From a virus (taxonomy: Duplodnaviria; Caudoviricetes), in the IMG/VR virus record IMGVR_UViG_3300049927_000029, positions 1 to 53,993 of that record: DNA of 53,993 nucleotides; one strand, written 5' to 3'. Position 1 is the stretch's first letter; the number at the start of each line of letters is the position of its first letter. This document shows, piece by piece, positions 26,022-35,944 of the stretch. Both the position numbers and the translations under genes were made by a program. Under the pieces are notes generated by a model, which searched no databases, was not told where the DNA came from, and was given only the letters and a program-made list of their open reading frames with translations.

Positions 26022-26419
26022 AGCTGAAAAAGGCGGAGCGCGAACAGGTTCGTATGAAGTACGGCGGGCGCTGCGCTTATTGCGGAGTGGTTCTATCCGA
26101 TCGGTGGCACGCCGACCATCTTGTGCCTGTACAAAGGGAATTGCTTTCAAAGCAAAACGCTAATGGTACTTGGCGTTTGGATTCCGGTAAGCCTCTAAAG
26201 CCGGAGAACGACACCGTAGAAAATATGATGCCGGCGTGCGCGCCATGCAACATCAGCAAAGGCGCTCAGACGTTAGAAGGGTGGCGTAACTGGATCGCCG
26301 GCCATGTGAACAGCCTGAACAGTTACCACCCAATCTACAGATTGGCGAAAGCATATGGGCTGATAACTGAAACCGCCGCGCCGGTAGTGTTCTACTTCGA
26401 AAAGGAAGACCTAGTATGA
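26018..26419 (+). CDS. HNH endonuclease
   Basis: GRCAYCG..WHADH..NMMPACAPCNISK. Confidence 0.85.
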   Translation: MKLKKAEREQVRMKYGGRCAYCGVVLSDRWHADHLVPVQRELLSKQNANGTWRLDSGKPLKPENDTVENMMPACAPCNISKGAQTLEGWRNWIAGHVNSLNSYHPIYRLAKAYGLITETAAPVVFYFEKEDLV

Positions 26420-26697
26420 CCCAACAGAAAACCGGCGGCAGCGTCGACTATTACAAATGCCACGTCGCTGATCCCATTTCCAAAGGCGAACCGTACACCG
26501 CCGAGAGCATCGACATTATCGAAGCGCTTGGTATGACCTTCGCGGAAGGTGAAGCGTTTAAAGCGATCTGGCGTACCTGCACTGGCCGCATGGGCGGCGC
26601 GGTAAAGGCGGACAACAAAGCGTTGTACAACGCTGAGAAAGTCGAATTCTTCGGCGCTCGCATGGTGCGGGCCGCGAAAAGGAGTGAAGCGAAATGA
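26416..26697 (+). CDS. DUF3310-like protein
   Basis: YY..ESIDIIEAL..FAEGEAFKAIWR. Confidence 0.6.
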   Translation: MTQQKTGGSVDYYKCHVADPISKGEPYTAESIDIIEALGMTFAEGEAFKAIWRTCTGRMGGAVKADNKALYNAEKVEFFGARMVRAAKRSEAK

Positions 26698-26957
26698 CTG
26701 ATAAAATGCGTGAAGAGTTCGAAGCGGCTTATACCGAAATGCAGATTCGCGCGGGGATCAACTCCGTGAAAAGGCTGTTCGATACCCTAGAGGGTTCGTA
26801 CATCAGCAGTACAACGAAGGCCGCTTGGTGGGGCTGGCAAGCTTCCCGCGCAGTAATTCGCGTAGACCTGCCGCATCTGTTTCCGCTCTATCGCGAAGGC
26901 GTTACCGAAGCGCTGCTCGTCCACGGAATCAAGGTAAAGCAGTGGGGCGGCAAATGA
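26694..26957 (+). CDS. hypothetical protein
   Basis: REEFEA..AWWGWQASR; ATGA-coupled. Confidence 0.65.
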   Translation: MTDKMREEFEAAYTEMQIRAGINSVKRLFDTLEGSYISSTTKAAWWGWQASRAVIRVDLPHLFPLYREGVTEALLVHGIKVKQWGGK

Positions 26958-27106
26958 AAATCCTAGCCATGCTTTACGTGATCGCTTTCCCCGGCGCTGC
27001 GCCCCAGCCAGTGGCCGCGTACTTCACGCAGGACGCCCAGGTTATCTGCCAGGCGACAGCCGCTGCGCAAAATGCAACTGAGGAAGAGGAGTATTACTGT
27101 GAGTGA
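26954..27106 (+). CDS. small hypothetical protein with hydrophobic N-terminus
   Basis: ATGA-coupled MKILAMLYVIAF. Confidence 0.5.
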   Translation: MKILAMLYVIAFPGAAPQPVAAYFTQDAQVICQATAAAQNATEEEEYYCE

Positions 27107-27485
27107 AACGGTAGAAGTAAAAACAACCGACCTACGCGGCAGGCTTTTGGATTGCCTCGTCGCTATGGTGCTAAACGACGCCGAGAAACTGTTCTTCAAT
27201 AGCGACGGCTACACCAACCGTTGGCACAACATCCCGCCGTGCTATTCCTCCGATTGGGATTTCGGCGGCCCTCTCGTTCAAAGCTTCCAAGTGGCTATTA
27301 CGCCTGAAGCGCACGAAGGGAAAGAAGGCACGGAGAGGTCTGAACGTTGGTTGGCGAACATCTATTACGGAGGAGGTGATCAGTATTCTACTGACGCTTG
27401 CGATCACGCTCTTATCGCTGCGTGCCAAGCAATCGTAGCTACGAAGTTCGGGGATACGATTACAGTCCCGAAAGAATTTACTTAG
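27099..27485 (+). CDS. NinX/DUF2591-like protein
   Basis: L.GRLLDCLVA..YSSDWDFGGPL..ALIAACQAIV. Confidence 0.65.
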   Translation: MSETVEVKTTDLRGRLLDCLVAMVLNDAEKLFFNSDGYTNRWHNIPPCYSSDWDFGGPLVQSFQVAITPEAHEGKEGTERSERWLANIYYGGGDQYSTDACDHALIAACQAIVATKFGDTITVPKEFT

Positions 27486-27936
27486 CTGAACGCTTCATCA
27501 ATTCCGACCGGCAGAACCGCAACTCGGCAAACTGCCGGTCGAGTCCTCGCTTCAATTCGAAATAATCCGATCTAACAGAGGCGTCAAGTTCTGCGGTTCC
27601 GCTGACAGCTCCGTCGGGAATGGCTCCATCGGCGCGCACTGCTGGACAACTGGCTTTGACACGCAGCCGCTTAGTGCCATCAGCAACAGCCCGCTCAAGA
27701 GAACTCGTCTCATTTTCTTTACCCGCCTTGTACTCGATGAAGGTTTGTCGGATAGCTTCTGTCCGTGCGCGTGACGCGATTAGCTGTTGGTTCACCGCGT
27801 CCACGTTCGCGTTGATCGCCGTAGCGGTTGCCAGATCGCGTTCCTGTACATCCGTCTCCCAGCGCAACCCCTGGACGTACCACGAACCGGCAGCGCCTAC
27901 CAGAAGCGCCAGCGCGTAGCCGTATGCGGAGTTCAC
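27478..27936 (-). CDS. i-spanin (Rz-like)
   Basis: N-terminal TM, coiled coil, GTKRLRVKASC. Confidence 0.85.
   Translation of the reverse strand: MNSAYGYALALLVGAAGSWYVQGLRWETDVQERDLATATAINANVDAVNQQLIASRARTEAIRQTFIEYKAGKENETSSLERAVADGTKRLRVKASCPAVRADGAIPDGAVSGTAELDASVRSDYFELKRGLDRQFAELRFCRSELMKRSAK
27552..27713 (-). CDS. o-spanin (Rz1-like) lipoprotein embedded in Rz
   Basis: MRRVLLSGLLLMALSG-C lipobox, Pro-rich, 53 aa; read manually. Confidence 0.8.
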   Translation of the reverse strand: MRRVLLSGLLLMALSGCVSKPVVQQCAPMEPFPTELSAEPQNLTPLLDRIISN

Positions 27937-28463
27937 GTCAGTACACTCAGGGCGAGCGTGTACCGGGCTTTGCGATCCTCAAGACCGTTCGTGCCGCCGT
28001 TGATCGCTTTAGTGATATCGGTGAACTGTCCGCCGTCTGCGAGGTTGTTCAGGTTGCGAGTCGACCAGAACCAAACAGCCGACTTCGCTGCCCAGTCGGG
28101 CACCTCCAGAAGATCCGGTTTACGTAGCAGTCGATCGTCGCCGAACAGCGCTTGGCTGCACTTCCCGTAGTTCGTCCGTCCTGTGACCTGGATCAAGCCG
28201 CGCCCGCAGAAATTAGCACCGTCACCCAGCTGCGTGTTGCCTAAGTCTTTGCGTCCGTCGTACTTGGCGAAGTAGCTCGGGCCGCCGAGTTCCTTGGAGT
28301 AAACCAAAGAACCGCTCTCGTGGCCGATCTGCGCCAGGAAGGCAGCGATACGCAATCTGGTATTGATCTGTCCGCCGGCCATAGCTGCGGTGAGAGCGTC
28401 GGCCCATTTTTGGGCGCGGGCGAGGGGGATAGTCATTGCGCGGGCGAGAGTTGAGGCTTCCAT
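27933..28463 (-). CDS. endolysin, glycoside hydrolase family 19
   Basis: FLAQIGHESG..GRGLIQVTGR.NY..SAVWFW..INGG.NGL.DR. Confidence 0.9.
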   Translation of the reverse strand: MEASTLARAMTIPLARAQKWADALTAAMAGGQINTRLRIAAFLAQIGHESGSLVYSKELGGPSYFAKYDGRKDLGNTQLGDGANFCGRGLIQVTGRTNYGKCSQALFGDDRLLRKPDLLEVPDWAAKSAVWFWSTRNLNNLADGGQFTDITKAINGGTNGLEDRKARYTLALSVLT

Positions 28464-28768
28464 CAGACAGGCCTCCGTTGTTTGAACCGAGGCAGCAGCT
28501 TAGCGAGATTACCGCGGCACCTGGCGACTAGGGCGAATACGCAGAGGCACTGGGCGCAGAGAGCCCATAGGAGCGAGCCTATGACTTGCTGTAGCAATCC
28601 CATAGCCACTATGACGGCGAGCCCCGCTGAGCTACCGGCGAGCCCTACGGCGAAGAGGGAAACCCCCGGTCGCCAGCTCGACTGCCGCGGGTGGTATGAC
28701 GCGATAATGATAAAGGTTCCGAAGTAGCCTAACGCACAGACTACTCGTAGGATCGTCTCAAACTCCAT
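28463..28768 (-). CDS. putative holin/antiholin (3 TM)
   Basis: hydrophobic ORF adjacent to the endolysin. Confidence 0.65.
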   Translation of the reverse strand: MEFETILRVVCALGYFGTFIIIASYHPRQSSWRPGVSLFAVGLAGSSAGLAVIVAMGLLQQVIGSLLWALCAQCLCVFALVARCRGNLAKLLPRFKQRRPV

Positions 28769-29138
28769 CTGTATCACTCCGGCGCTTTAACATCGGGATG
28801 CGATCGAGAATAGATTCAAGCCAAGCTGGCAGAGGGCCACTTTTGTCGATCACGTAATAGAACGCTGTAAATAGGACTGCGCCAAGCGCAGAAAGTGCCG
28901 CAGCTACCAGCATGGCTTTCTCGCTCCACGGGGGGCCTCCCCCATAGCAGAACACGCCGCCCGCGTACCCGAGACCGAAGGAGAACAGCCCCAGCTTTAA
29001 GCGCTTCCACCCCGAGGTGGCCATCGGCGCAGCCAGGAAGAAACAGCAACCGAATGCCGCACCTGCTGCGGCCCACGGATGAATCGCGGCGGCCATAAGG
29101 CAGAGTAGCGAGAGGTCGCGAGAACACTGGTCGAACAT
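28758..29138 (-). CDS. putative holin
   Basis: multi-TM ORF at the head of the lysis cassette. Confidence 0.65.
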   Translation of the reverse strand: MFDQCSRDLSLLCLMAAAIHPWAAAGAAFGCCFFLAAPMATSGWKRLKLGLFSFGLGYAGGVFCYGGGPPWSEKAMLVAAALSALGAVLFTAFYYVIDKSGPLPAWLESILDRIPMLKRRSDTDGV

Positions 29139-29178
29139 CGCTCAGTCCCTATGGGTCCGTTTATGATGGCATAGTGTA

Positions 29179-31890
29179 TCACGGTGGAAACGCATCGTCG
29201 TCCAGGTACATACGTTCGTCATAGTTCACGGCCTTTACGCTGCATGTCCGCGTGCCGCTTGGACTGACGTCGGTAATCAGCGCGGGGAAGCACCATTTTG
29301 ATTCGTGACCGAACTGGATAATCGGCGGCGTATCGATCGTGCCCGACAGGTCCGGCACAAAGTCCAGGGTTGGGATCGTGAACGAATAGTCATCAACACG
29401 CGTGGCGACGTACGGACCCGATGCGGTGCCGTCCTTACGACGTACCAGCACTTTGTAAACGCCCGGCACAGACCAGTCCAGGGGTTCGGACGATTCGAGC
29501 GTTACTGGTGGGCCCTCCGTGAAGCCGACGACCTCCGCACTCTGTCCGTAGCCGGGGGTTGTTACCCCCAGTGCCACATAGTCGAAGTAACTGCTGTTCA
29601 GCGCGTCCAGTTCTGTTTTGAACGAATATTCACGTTGGCGGTACAAATGTCCGCGGCGGCGGCGCATGCCCCAGCGCCACGCACGGAACCGAACGCCTAC
29701 GCCTTCCAGCTTTAACTTCTCGACACGCTCCCCTGCGTCGCCAGGTAGCCGGCATTCAACGGTCTCATTCTGCCTAGTCGTATGGTCGTAGTACTCCACG
29801 TCCACGCCGTCGAAATCGTCCGGCTGATCAGGCATCACGAAGTCGTAGGACAAGGGCTCCATCATGATCTGAGGATTGTAGAAATGATCAAACGCAGGAC
29901 CGCGCGGTTCATCACGGACGGGCACGAGCAGACCCCGGTCAATAGTTAATTCCGAGAAACCTACTTGCAACACGTCCAGTAGATTCGATTTTACTGTCTT
30001 AGCATCGGACACAATCCGATCGTAGGTATCGCCCCTTGGTGCCCACCGGGTGGACTCCAACCGATCCAGCTCGACTAAATCAATATCAGTTGTATCGGAG
30101 TAGCCTACGCTGCGGATGATATGGCCGACCGCTGCGGATATCTCACGCGTTGGCTCCGGCGCGGCCCATACCCCGCTACGAAGCACAGGTAGGATGCGTG
30201 TACATTCCAGGTTGATCAGACTTTCACTTTGAGACGAAATACGATCTCCGCCCCGGATGTCGCACGTCATAACCGTCATACCGTCATAGCTAGTCGGGGA
30301 GGACGAGGCCATAAGGCCCTTGAGCCGCAGCCACATCATAGTGTCATTCTGCTCTTTATCAGGGTCACCACTGCCCTGGTTAACGAATATCTTCTTCAGC
30401 CGAACCTCAGGGCGCATCGCGTACGGCAAATTTATTCTGTACGTATACCCCTGCGCATCGAGAGTGTTGTCCGTCGCTTGAATAGTCGACGCCGTCCAAG
30501 CGCCGCCTAGCGCCATGTCGCGGTACTCCAAGGACTGATACGCTACCAAGGAGTTGTAATTCCCCTTCGCGTCTAGGAATACGATCCCACTCGGGTAGAA
30601 AATATCAATTTCGATTGCGGTCACCACTTCGCCGGAAGGGCATGCGGGGAAGGGCCCTCGGTAGCCGCCGGATAAGTTCGAACTGTCTAGCAGCACTTGC
30701 CCTACGTTTGACGAGTTGCTATCCCAGCCCGGCCAAGAGCTGTCATCAGTCCCGCCGGATTTGATACGCTTGACTTGCAAGGCTTGCGCGGACCACGACA
30801 GCACCCGGAAACGCATCCCGCGGTATGACATCGCCATGACGACTGGTCCGGTTACGAGCCCAGTGCCGGGGGCACCCCCTTCATAGTCCACCTGCAACGT
30901 GGTCGAGGTGACCGCGCTGACAACATAGAACCCTTGGTTCTGCCCATTGATCTGAATCGTGTCGCCCACGATGAAGTTGTGCTGGGCAATCGGGCCGTTT
31001 ATCACGTCCCTCCCGCCTACGCCGGTGCCGTCATCGATCGTGTAATTGTACGGAGCGGCGACGTTTAGCAAAGTGCCTGCTACCCAATCTGCGGGGAAGC
31101 TTCCGGCCCCCGTCGGGATGCCTACCACGTCACTGTTGAACGTGAAAACAGAAGCCGTCGCCGATCCTGTAAGCGTTGATTCAACCGTCAGCTCCAGCCC
31201 TGACGCGCCTGTATTGCTCGCCCCTACTTCCGGAGCGGTGTACCAGAAGTAGTGTGCGGGATCAGGAGAGATATCAGCGCCAGGGGCGTAAATCGAAAAT
31301 GTCGCGTCCGCTCCTAAGGTGAGTAGCGGCGTCTCGCCGGTCTTGACCGTCGCCAGGTCGATGTTGTACGAACCCTGCCCTACGCCTAGACACATCTCCG
31401 TGCGGGGTTCTCGAGGCGCCGCGAAGTAGGCACGGGGTGGCACTAAGTAGTCCGGGTAGCGCTGGGGGTTGTAACCGAACAGCTCAGGCCTAACATCGTT
31501 GATCTTTACTCTGTTGCCTTTACTGCTCGCCTGATCTAAGGCCTTGCCTTGGGGCCCTGAGCTGTTATTCGGCATACCCGGCAGCTTTGGCATAAGCAGC
31601 CCGATAACGGCAGTGGCGGCAAAAATAAGCGCAAAAGTAATTGTGAAAGGGTCCGCGCCTTTCGGCTCGCGATAAATCTCTACGTTGTCCGCCGCGCTGA
31701 ATTGCGTAGTTAGCCACTGGCGCGGCAACAAGCGTTCACCGTTAAGGTAGAGGCTGATCGCCAGCTTGTTCAAATCAGTTCGTTTGCTGATCCCGTGGCG
31801 ATACATCCACTCGGCCAAGGTTTGGCGCGACCGCACTTTGTACGTCTCTTTGCCTTCGTCAGACAGGCGACTGGCGTAAACCTCAATCAT
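29179..31890 (-). CDS. tail tip/central tail protein (J-like)
   Basis: large ORF after NlpC; start at MIEVY (ATGA overlap). Confidence 0.75.
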   Translation of the reverse strand: MIEVYASRLSDEGKETYKVRSRQTLAEWMYRHGISKRTDLNKLAISLYLNGERLLPRQWLTTQFSAADNVEIYREPKGADPFTITFALIFAATAVIGLLMPKLPGMPNNSSGPQGKALDQASSKGNRVKINDVRPELFGYNPQRYPDYLVPPRAYFAAPREPRTEMCLGVGQGSYNIDLATVKTGETPLLTLGADATFSIYAPGADISPDPAHYFWYTAPEVGASNTGASGLELTVESTLTGSATASVFTFNSDVVGIPTGAGSFPADWVAGTLLNVAAPYNYTIDDGTGVGGRDVINGPIAQHNFIVGDTIQINGQNQGFYVVSAVTSTTLQVDYEGGAPGTGLVTGPVVMAMSYRGMRFRVLSWSAQALQVKRIKSGGTDDSSWPGWDSNSSNVGQVLLDSSNLSGGYRGPFPACPSGEVVTAIEIDIFYPSGIVFLDAKGNYNSLVAYQSLEYRDMALGGAWTASTIQATDNTLDAQGYTYRINLPYAMRPEVRLKKIFVNQGSGDPDKEQNDTMMWLRLKGLMASSSPTSYDGMTVMTCDIRGGDRISSQSESLINLECTRILPVLRSGVWAAPEPTREISAAVGHIIRSVGYSDTTDIDLVELDRLESTRWAPRGDTYDRIVSDAKTVKSNLLDVLQVGFSELTIDRGLLVPVRDEPRGPAFDHFYNPQIMMEPLSYDFVMPDQPDDFDGVDVEYYDHTTRQNETVECRLPGDAGERVEKLKLEGVGVRFRAWRWGMRRRRGHLYRQREYSFKTELDALNSSYFDYVALGVTTPGYGQSAEVVGFTEGPPVTLESSEPLDWSVPGVYKVLVRRKDGTASGPYVATRVDDYSFTIPTLDFVPDLSGTIDTPPIIQFGHESKWCFPALITDVSPSGTRTCSVKAVNYDERMYLDDDAFPP

Positions 31891-32282
31891 GGGCGGTCTC
31901 GATGAAAAGTCACGGTTGAGTGGTCGCGCAGCCACTTGTGCAGCGGCAAGCAGCGAGGACCGCGCGCCGGGTTGATCTCCAAGATGCGCAGTCCATCGGG
32001 GGAATCAATAACCACGGCTACATGAACGCAGATGCGGCCGATCAGCACGGAAGCGATAGCGCCCGGTTCGGGTTCGCATAGCTCCATCACGGATGATTCA
32101 GCTTCGTAGGCCTTAGTGAATTCGCGAGGGGCGGTGTTGCGCAGGCTTCCATATTCGGCCAGTAGCCTTTTGCCTAGCTCGTAGTGACGTACGGTTCTGC
32201 ATAAACCCCAACAGTCGAAGCGCTCAGGACCCCGCGCACCGTCTTCATAGGTGCATGACAAATATTTATTCACGAAGTCCAT
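31887..32282 (-). CDS. NlpC/P60 tail assembly protein
   Basis: FDCWGL..HVAV. Confidence 0.8.
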   Translation of the reverse strand: MDFVNKYLSCTYEDGARGPERFDCWGLCRTVRHYELGKRLLAEYGSLRNTAPREFTKAYEAESSVMELCEPEPGAIASVLIGRICVHVAVVIDSPDGLRILEINPARGPRCLPLHKWLRDHSTVTFHRDRP

Positions 32283-32776
32283 CAGATGTACCTGAGCGCA
32301 GGCGCGAAGTTGACAGTGTACAACGCTCGCGGCCATGCGACACCGATCATGTTGAAGTATCCCGTCTGCAACTGCGCCTCCTGCCCTTGGATCGATCCAG
32401 ATAGCAGTGTCAGCACATAGGGCTTCTCCGCCGGCGCCAGGAGGTTGCCGCTAAGGTACGTGCGATAGATCGCTGTTACACGAGCCTTAGCTTCAACCGC
32501 CTGGTCGATCAATCGTGACGCTTCACCCGTGGTGTTATCCACCGCGAAGGCCAAGGTCTGATTCCCTTTGTTGTTCTTGGCCGCCAAGGCGATGTCGATG
32601 TTCGCCCCGATGAACGTCACCGTGCGGGCGTCTTCTGTAACCGCCGTGATGTCCTCGAACCCGGTGCAGATGAGCACAGATTCTGACCATGCGTCGCTGA
32701 CAAGCTCGAGCGTCCTGATAATCTCATCAAGGCGCTCGTTGGCCCCCGCGTTAACTTCAGCAAGGATTATGCTCAC
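32282..32776 (-). CDS. DUF1833 minor tail protein
   Basis: TLEL..AVDN..YRTYL..FAPAL; synteny. Confidence 0.75.
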   Translation of the reverse strand: MSIILAEVNAGANERLDEIIRTLELVSDAWSESVLICTGFEDITAVTEDARTVTFIGANIDIALAAKNNKGNQTLAFAVDNTTGEASRLIDQAVEAKARVTAIYRTYLSGNLLAPAEKPYVLTLLSGSIQGQEAQLQTGYFNMIGVAWPRALYTVNFAPALRYI

Positions 32777-34680
32777 TCTCCGTTAACCTCGAGGGATGGC
32801 GGCGAGGAGTACGTTATAACTAGGGTAGTCTTGCGGGGCATATAGATGACTCGGTCGGTGTTCACAGCTGCCGGCCTCCCGTTAAGAGTAATAGACGATA
32901 CAGTACCACCAAAAACGCTAGCGCTTAAGGACGATCCGCTAGCGTTGAAGTAGGAAAACGGTGAAGCCCCTACGGGAATCGCCGTAGAGACTAAGTAGTT
33001 ACTGTTCCCCGTAACTACTTTCTCCGACCCGGTGCCGGAGTCAGTCATCGGCGTAGTATTTCCGAGCAAGGTATTACCCGAGATCACGTAGTAATTGCCG
33101 GCACCAGATGCCACCTTGATACCTGTCTCCCAGCTTATGACCCTATTGCCTGAGATCACGAAACCATTGAGCCCCGCGTTAACCTGGATGGCAACGCTAC
33201 CCGCTCCGGCGTTCCCAACGAATTCGTTATCACTAACAACATGCCCGTCTGTAGATTGTAAGATTACACCGAACTTGCTATGTGCGAAGAACTTGTTACC
33301 GACAACCTGAGTCGCTCCGTTATCAAGCTCTATACCGCTGGCAGCGCCGCCGAGCGCGGCCTTAAACGTATTGCCGGAAACTATTGAAGATGAGAGCGTG
33401 GAACCTGAAGCGACCTGGCCGCCGCCCACCGGGGAGGTTTGCAAATGGTTGTTACTGAAGGTGCAATTGAATACGTTTGTGATGCCCCCCGAGAAAACAC
33501 CGTTGAGGCGCCAGTCAGAGATTATGCAGTTAGTTACGGTGCACTCTGCCGTGGACACGTCCGCCCATACGCCAAAAGTACCGTTGACCGTCGCTGAGTT
33601 TGGCCCTGTCAGTGTGCAGTCTTGGATCAGACCCGCGCCCGCGCACTCTACGCCTATCCGCGTGCAGTTAAACACGCGGGTCCTGCGTAGAATGTTGCGC
33701 AAGCCAGACGACCCCATTGCGATCTCAGCGGTAATCGAAGTGATCGCACCCGAGGCGTTCCCGTCTAGGGAAACGTCCTCAAGAATACAACCGCCTGCGC
33801 TGCTAAGTATGAGCATCGCGGACGACGACGGGAGAGAGGGGCCGTGCTTTACCGTGGTTGCACCGATGCCTGCGCCCGTAACCTTGGCACCGGCGGGGAA
33901 GGTCACCGTTGAGTTAACCAAGAAGGTTCCCGAATCCCATCGGCCTGCGTCAGCTCCGATTGCCGACGCCCATGCTTGGAGCGCAGCTGAATCGTCGGTT
34001 ACCCCATCGCCTTTAGCACCAAACTGGCGCGCCGTTAGCGGAGCCGACCGCACCATCTTCCAACGCGCGCCGTCTGTCGCCACGATCAGCGAGCCTCCAT
34101 TATCGGCAGAACTGATGTCCGCTGAGTCTAGGTAGTACGCGCCGCCCCCTCCGTCCCCGAGGGTGTAATATCCCGTAACGAAAGCGAACTGAGAAGGCGA
34201 GGTTTTCGCTAACGCTCTCAGAGCCGCAATTGAGTCGATTACTTGAGCCCCCCGCGCGATAAGAGAAGACCCCTTTTGCGGGTCACTAGCGTTAGCTAAG
34301 TCCGCCCGTAATTCTGCCTCAGCCACTTCAACTAGAAGGCTTGAATCAGAAGCCCATGTTCCAGAAAGCGTAACAGGGAAACTAGCGGGCTGCTTAACCT
34401 TATACGTCAGGCCTGCGCGGTCAACCAGTTGAGTAGGGCGCAGAACGGACAAGGGCGTTCCGTCAACGTATACGAGGTGAGTCGGCTCGAAGCCCATGGC
34501 CTCTAGGAAGTCATTAACCATTTTCTCCATGCCTGCCCAGGTTTCACGACGGCGATTGAATCGGTCGTAAAAGGCCGGCGATAGAGAATTCACGCCTTCG
34601 TCAAAATTCGAGGCATTGTCGTAGAGGTCTTTGACCGCGGTAGACCCAATAGGGTTGTCGGTGCTGTAGGTGTTGGTCAT
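32773..34680 (-). CDS. tailspike with pectin-lyase-like beta-helix (putative depolymerase)
   Basis: FGAKGDGVTDDSAALQ; repeated ISGN/VSGN/VGN rungs. Confidence 0.8.
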   Translation of the reverse strand: MTNTYSTDNPIGSTAVKDLYDNASNFDEGVNSLSPAFYDRFNRRRETWAGMEKMVNDFLEAMGFEPTHLVYVDGTPLSVLRPTQLVDRAGLTYKVKQPASFPVTLSGTWASDSSLLVEVAEAELRADLANASDPQKGSSLIARGAQVIDSIAALRALAKTSPSQFAFVTGYYTLGDGGGGAYYLDSADISSADNGGSLIVATDGARWKMVRSAPLTARQFGAKGDGVTDDSAALQAWASAIGADAGRWDSGTFLVNSTVTFPAGAKVTGAGIGATTVKHGPSLPSSSAMLILSSAGGCILEDVSLDGNASGAITSITAEIAMGSSGLRNILRRTRVFNCTRIGVECAGAGLIQDCTLTGPNSATVNGTFGVWADVSTAECTVTNCIISDWRLNGVFSGGITNVFNCTFSNNHLQTSPVGGGQVASGSTLSSSIVSGNTFKAALGGAASGIELDNGATQVVGNKFFAHSKFGVILQSTDGHVVSDNEFVGNAGAGSVAIQVNAGLNGFVISGNRVISWETGIKVASGAGNYYVISGNTLLGNTTPMTDSGTGSEKVVTGNSNYLVSTAIPVGASPFSYFNASGSSLSASVFGGTVSSITLNGRPAAVNTDRVIYMPRKTTLVITYSSPPSLEVNGE

Positions 34681-34718
34681 TCTATAGAATTCCCGTAGAA
34701 AAATGTTTCAGCGAACGA

Positions 34719-34781
34719 CTAAAACCAGTGACCGATAGCCGTGAGTTTGATGGTGTCCTGTAGCTGCTTTTTATCAACCAT
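34719..34781 (-). pseudogene. remnant of an alternative tail-fibre C-terminus
   Basis: MVDKKQLQDTIKLTAIGHWF* parallels the fibre end YVAIGRWF*. Confidence 0.5.
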
Positions 34782-35944
34782 TAAAACCACCTTCCTATCG
34801 CAACATAGTTCAATAGGTATGTCTGCGAAGCTCTGGTGAATATCTCAACCAGGTAGCATGCGGGCCAGGATGACACTCCAGGGGCAGCGAGCCCTGAGAC
34901 AAATCCCGTGAACGTAGCGGCTGAGGTTACAGTTATACTTACTACCGGAGCACTTATAAAAGTACTGGGCATCGTAGCTGCCGCTGTCACCGAACCACCC
35001 CAGAAGAGTGCGCCGAAGGCGGCGTTAAGCGCCACTGTGACCGAAACACTGCGAGTACAAACCATTGTACCATCCGCATACCTAGTGTAAGTGCCATTAG
35101 CATTTGTGCCGGTCTCCACAACAGCTCCTGTCGGAACGCCCGATGCTTGGCTAACCGTGCCTAGGATGTTCGTTTTGCCGTAGGCCCCGGCTGTCTGCAA
35201 AGCGGCAAGATGCGCAGCGGTAGTGGACTGTCCGGTGCCGCCTTGGGCGATGCTGAGTACCGTAGTCAGGCCGGCCAGGCTGGTGATATCAGTGTTAGCG
35301 CCGGCACTTGCTGTAGACTGCCAAGAGGTGTACGCGCTGGCTGTGCTTTTGGTGCGATACACTAGAGGCGCGTTCGCCGAAGTAGACCTTAGAAATATCT
35401 GAGCTGACGCTTGCCCGGAAGATCCGTATTGCATATGCAGGAACACCCCGGTAAAACCGGGACCGTTGGTCGCGGTATCCAAAGCGCGGTAAAATCCGGA
35501 AGCACTGACAGCGTTATAATCTGTGATCGCCGGGCCCATGCCCCCTAAACCGAAGTCACCGACCTGCAACACGCTGCCGGCCGTGGCGTCAGTGGCCGAA
35601 GTTGTTTTTACTAGCCCGAGGGTTGCCCTCTGTGCGATAACGGTCGTGTCATCCAGTAACGCCCGAGCAACCGCCGTCAAAGGCGTAAGCGCCATCGCAC
35701 CGACACCAGTGAAGTACGCCAGACGATCAGCCGCGCCCGTCAACCCTGCCAGCGCCGAGATATTCGGACTGATCAGCGCAAGGGCGTCTTGCTCCATCTG
35801 ATACCAGCTTTTACGCTGGACACCGAGCCGATCTGCGTAGCTCGCTGACGTGCCGTTCGCCAGGTTGTCAAACACCGTAGCGTTGTCGTCAAGGTCGCGG
35901 GGGTCAGTCGAAGGAACGGGGTTGCCCGTATTATAAGTACTCAT
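34781..35944 (-). CDS. tail fibre protein
   Basis: YNTGNPVPSTDPRDL N-terminus; GTNANGTYTRYADGTMVC..AIGRWF. Confidence 0.85.
   Translation of the reverse strand: MSTYNTGNPVPSTDPRDLDDNATVFDNLANGTSASYADRLGVQRKSWYQMEQDALALISPNISALAGLTGAADRLAYFTGVGAMALTPLTAVARALLDDTTVIAQRATLGLVKTTSATDATAGSVLQVGDFGLGGMGPAITDYNAVSASGFYRALDTATNGPGFTGVFLHMQYGSSGQASAQIFLRSTSANAPLVYRTKSTASAYTSWQSTASAGANTDITSLAGLTTVLSIAQGGTGQSTTAAHLAALQTAGAYGKTNILGTVSQASGVPTGAVVETGTNANGTYTRYADGTMVCTRSVSVTVALNAAFGALFWGGSVTAAATMPSTFISAPVVSITVTSAATFTGFVSGLAAPGVSSWPACYLVEIFTRASQTYLLNYVAIGRWF

Noticed and set aside
33371-34135. Long antisense ORFs, also 49910-50659, 52053-52778 and 53302-53961
   Set aside because: They lie opposite well-supported genes, show no motifs, and are expected from codon bias in GC-rich DNA.
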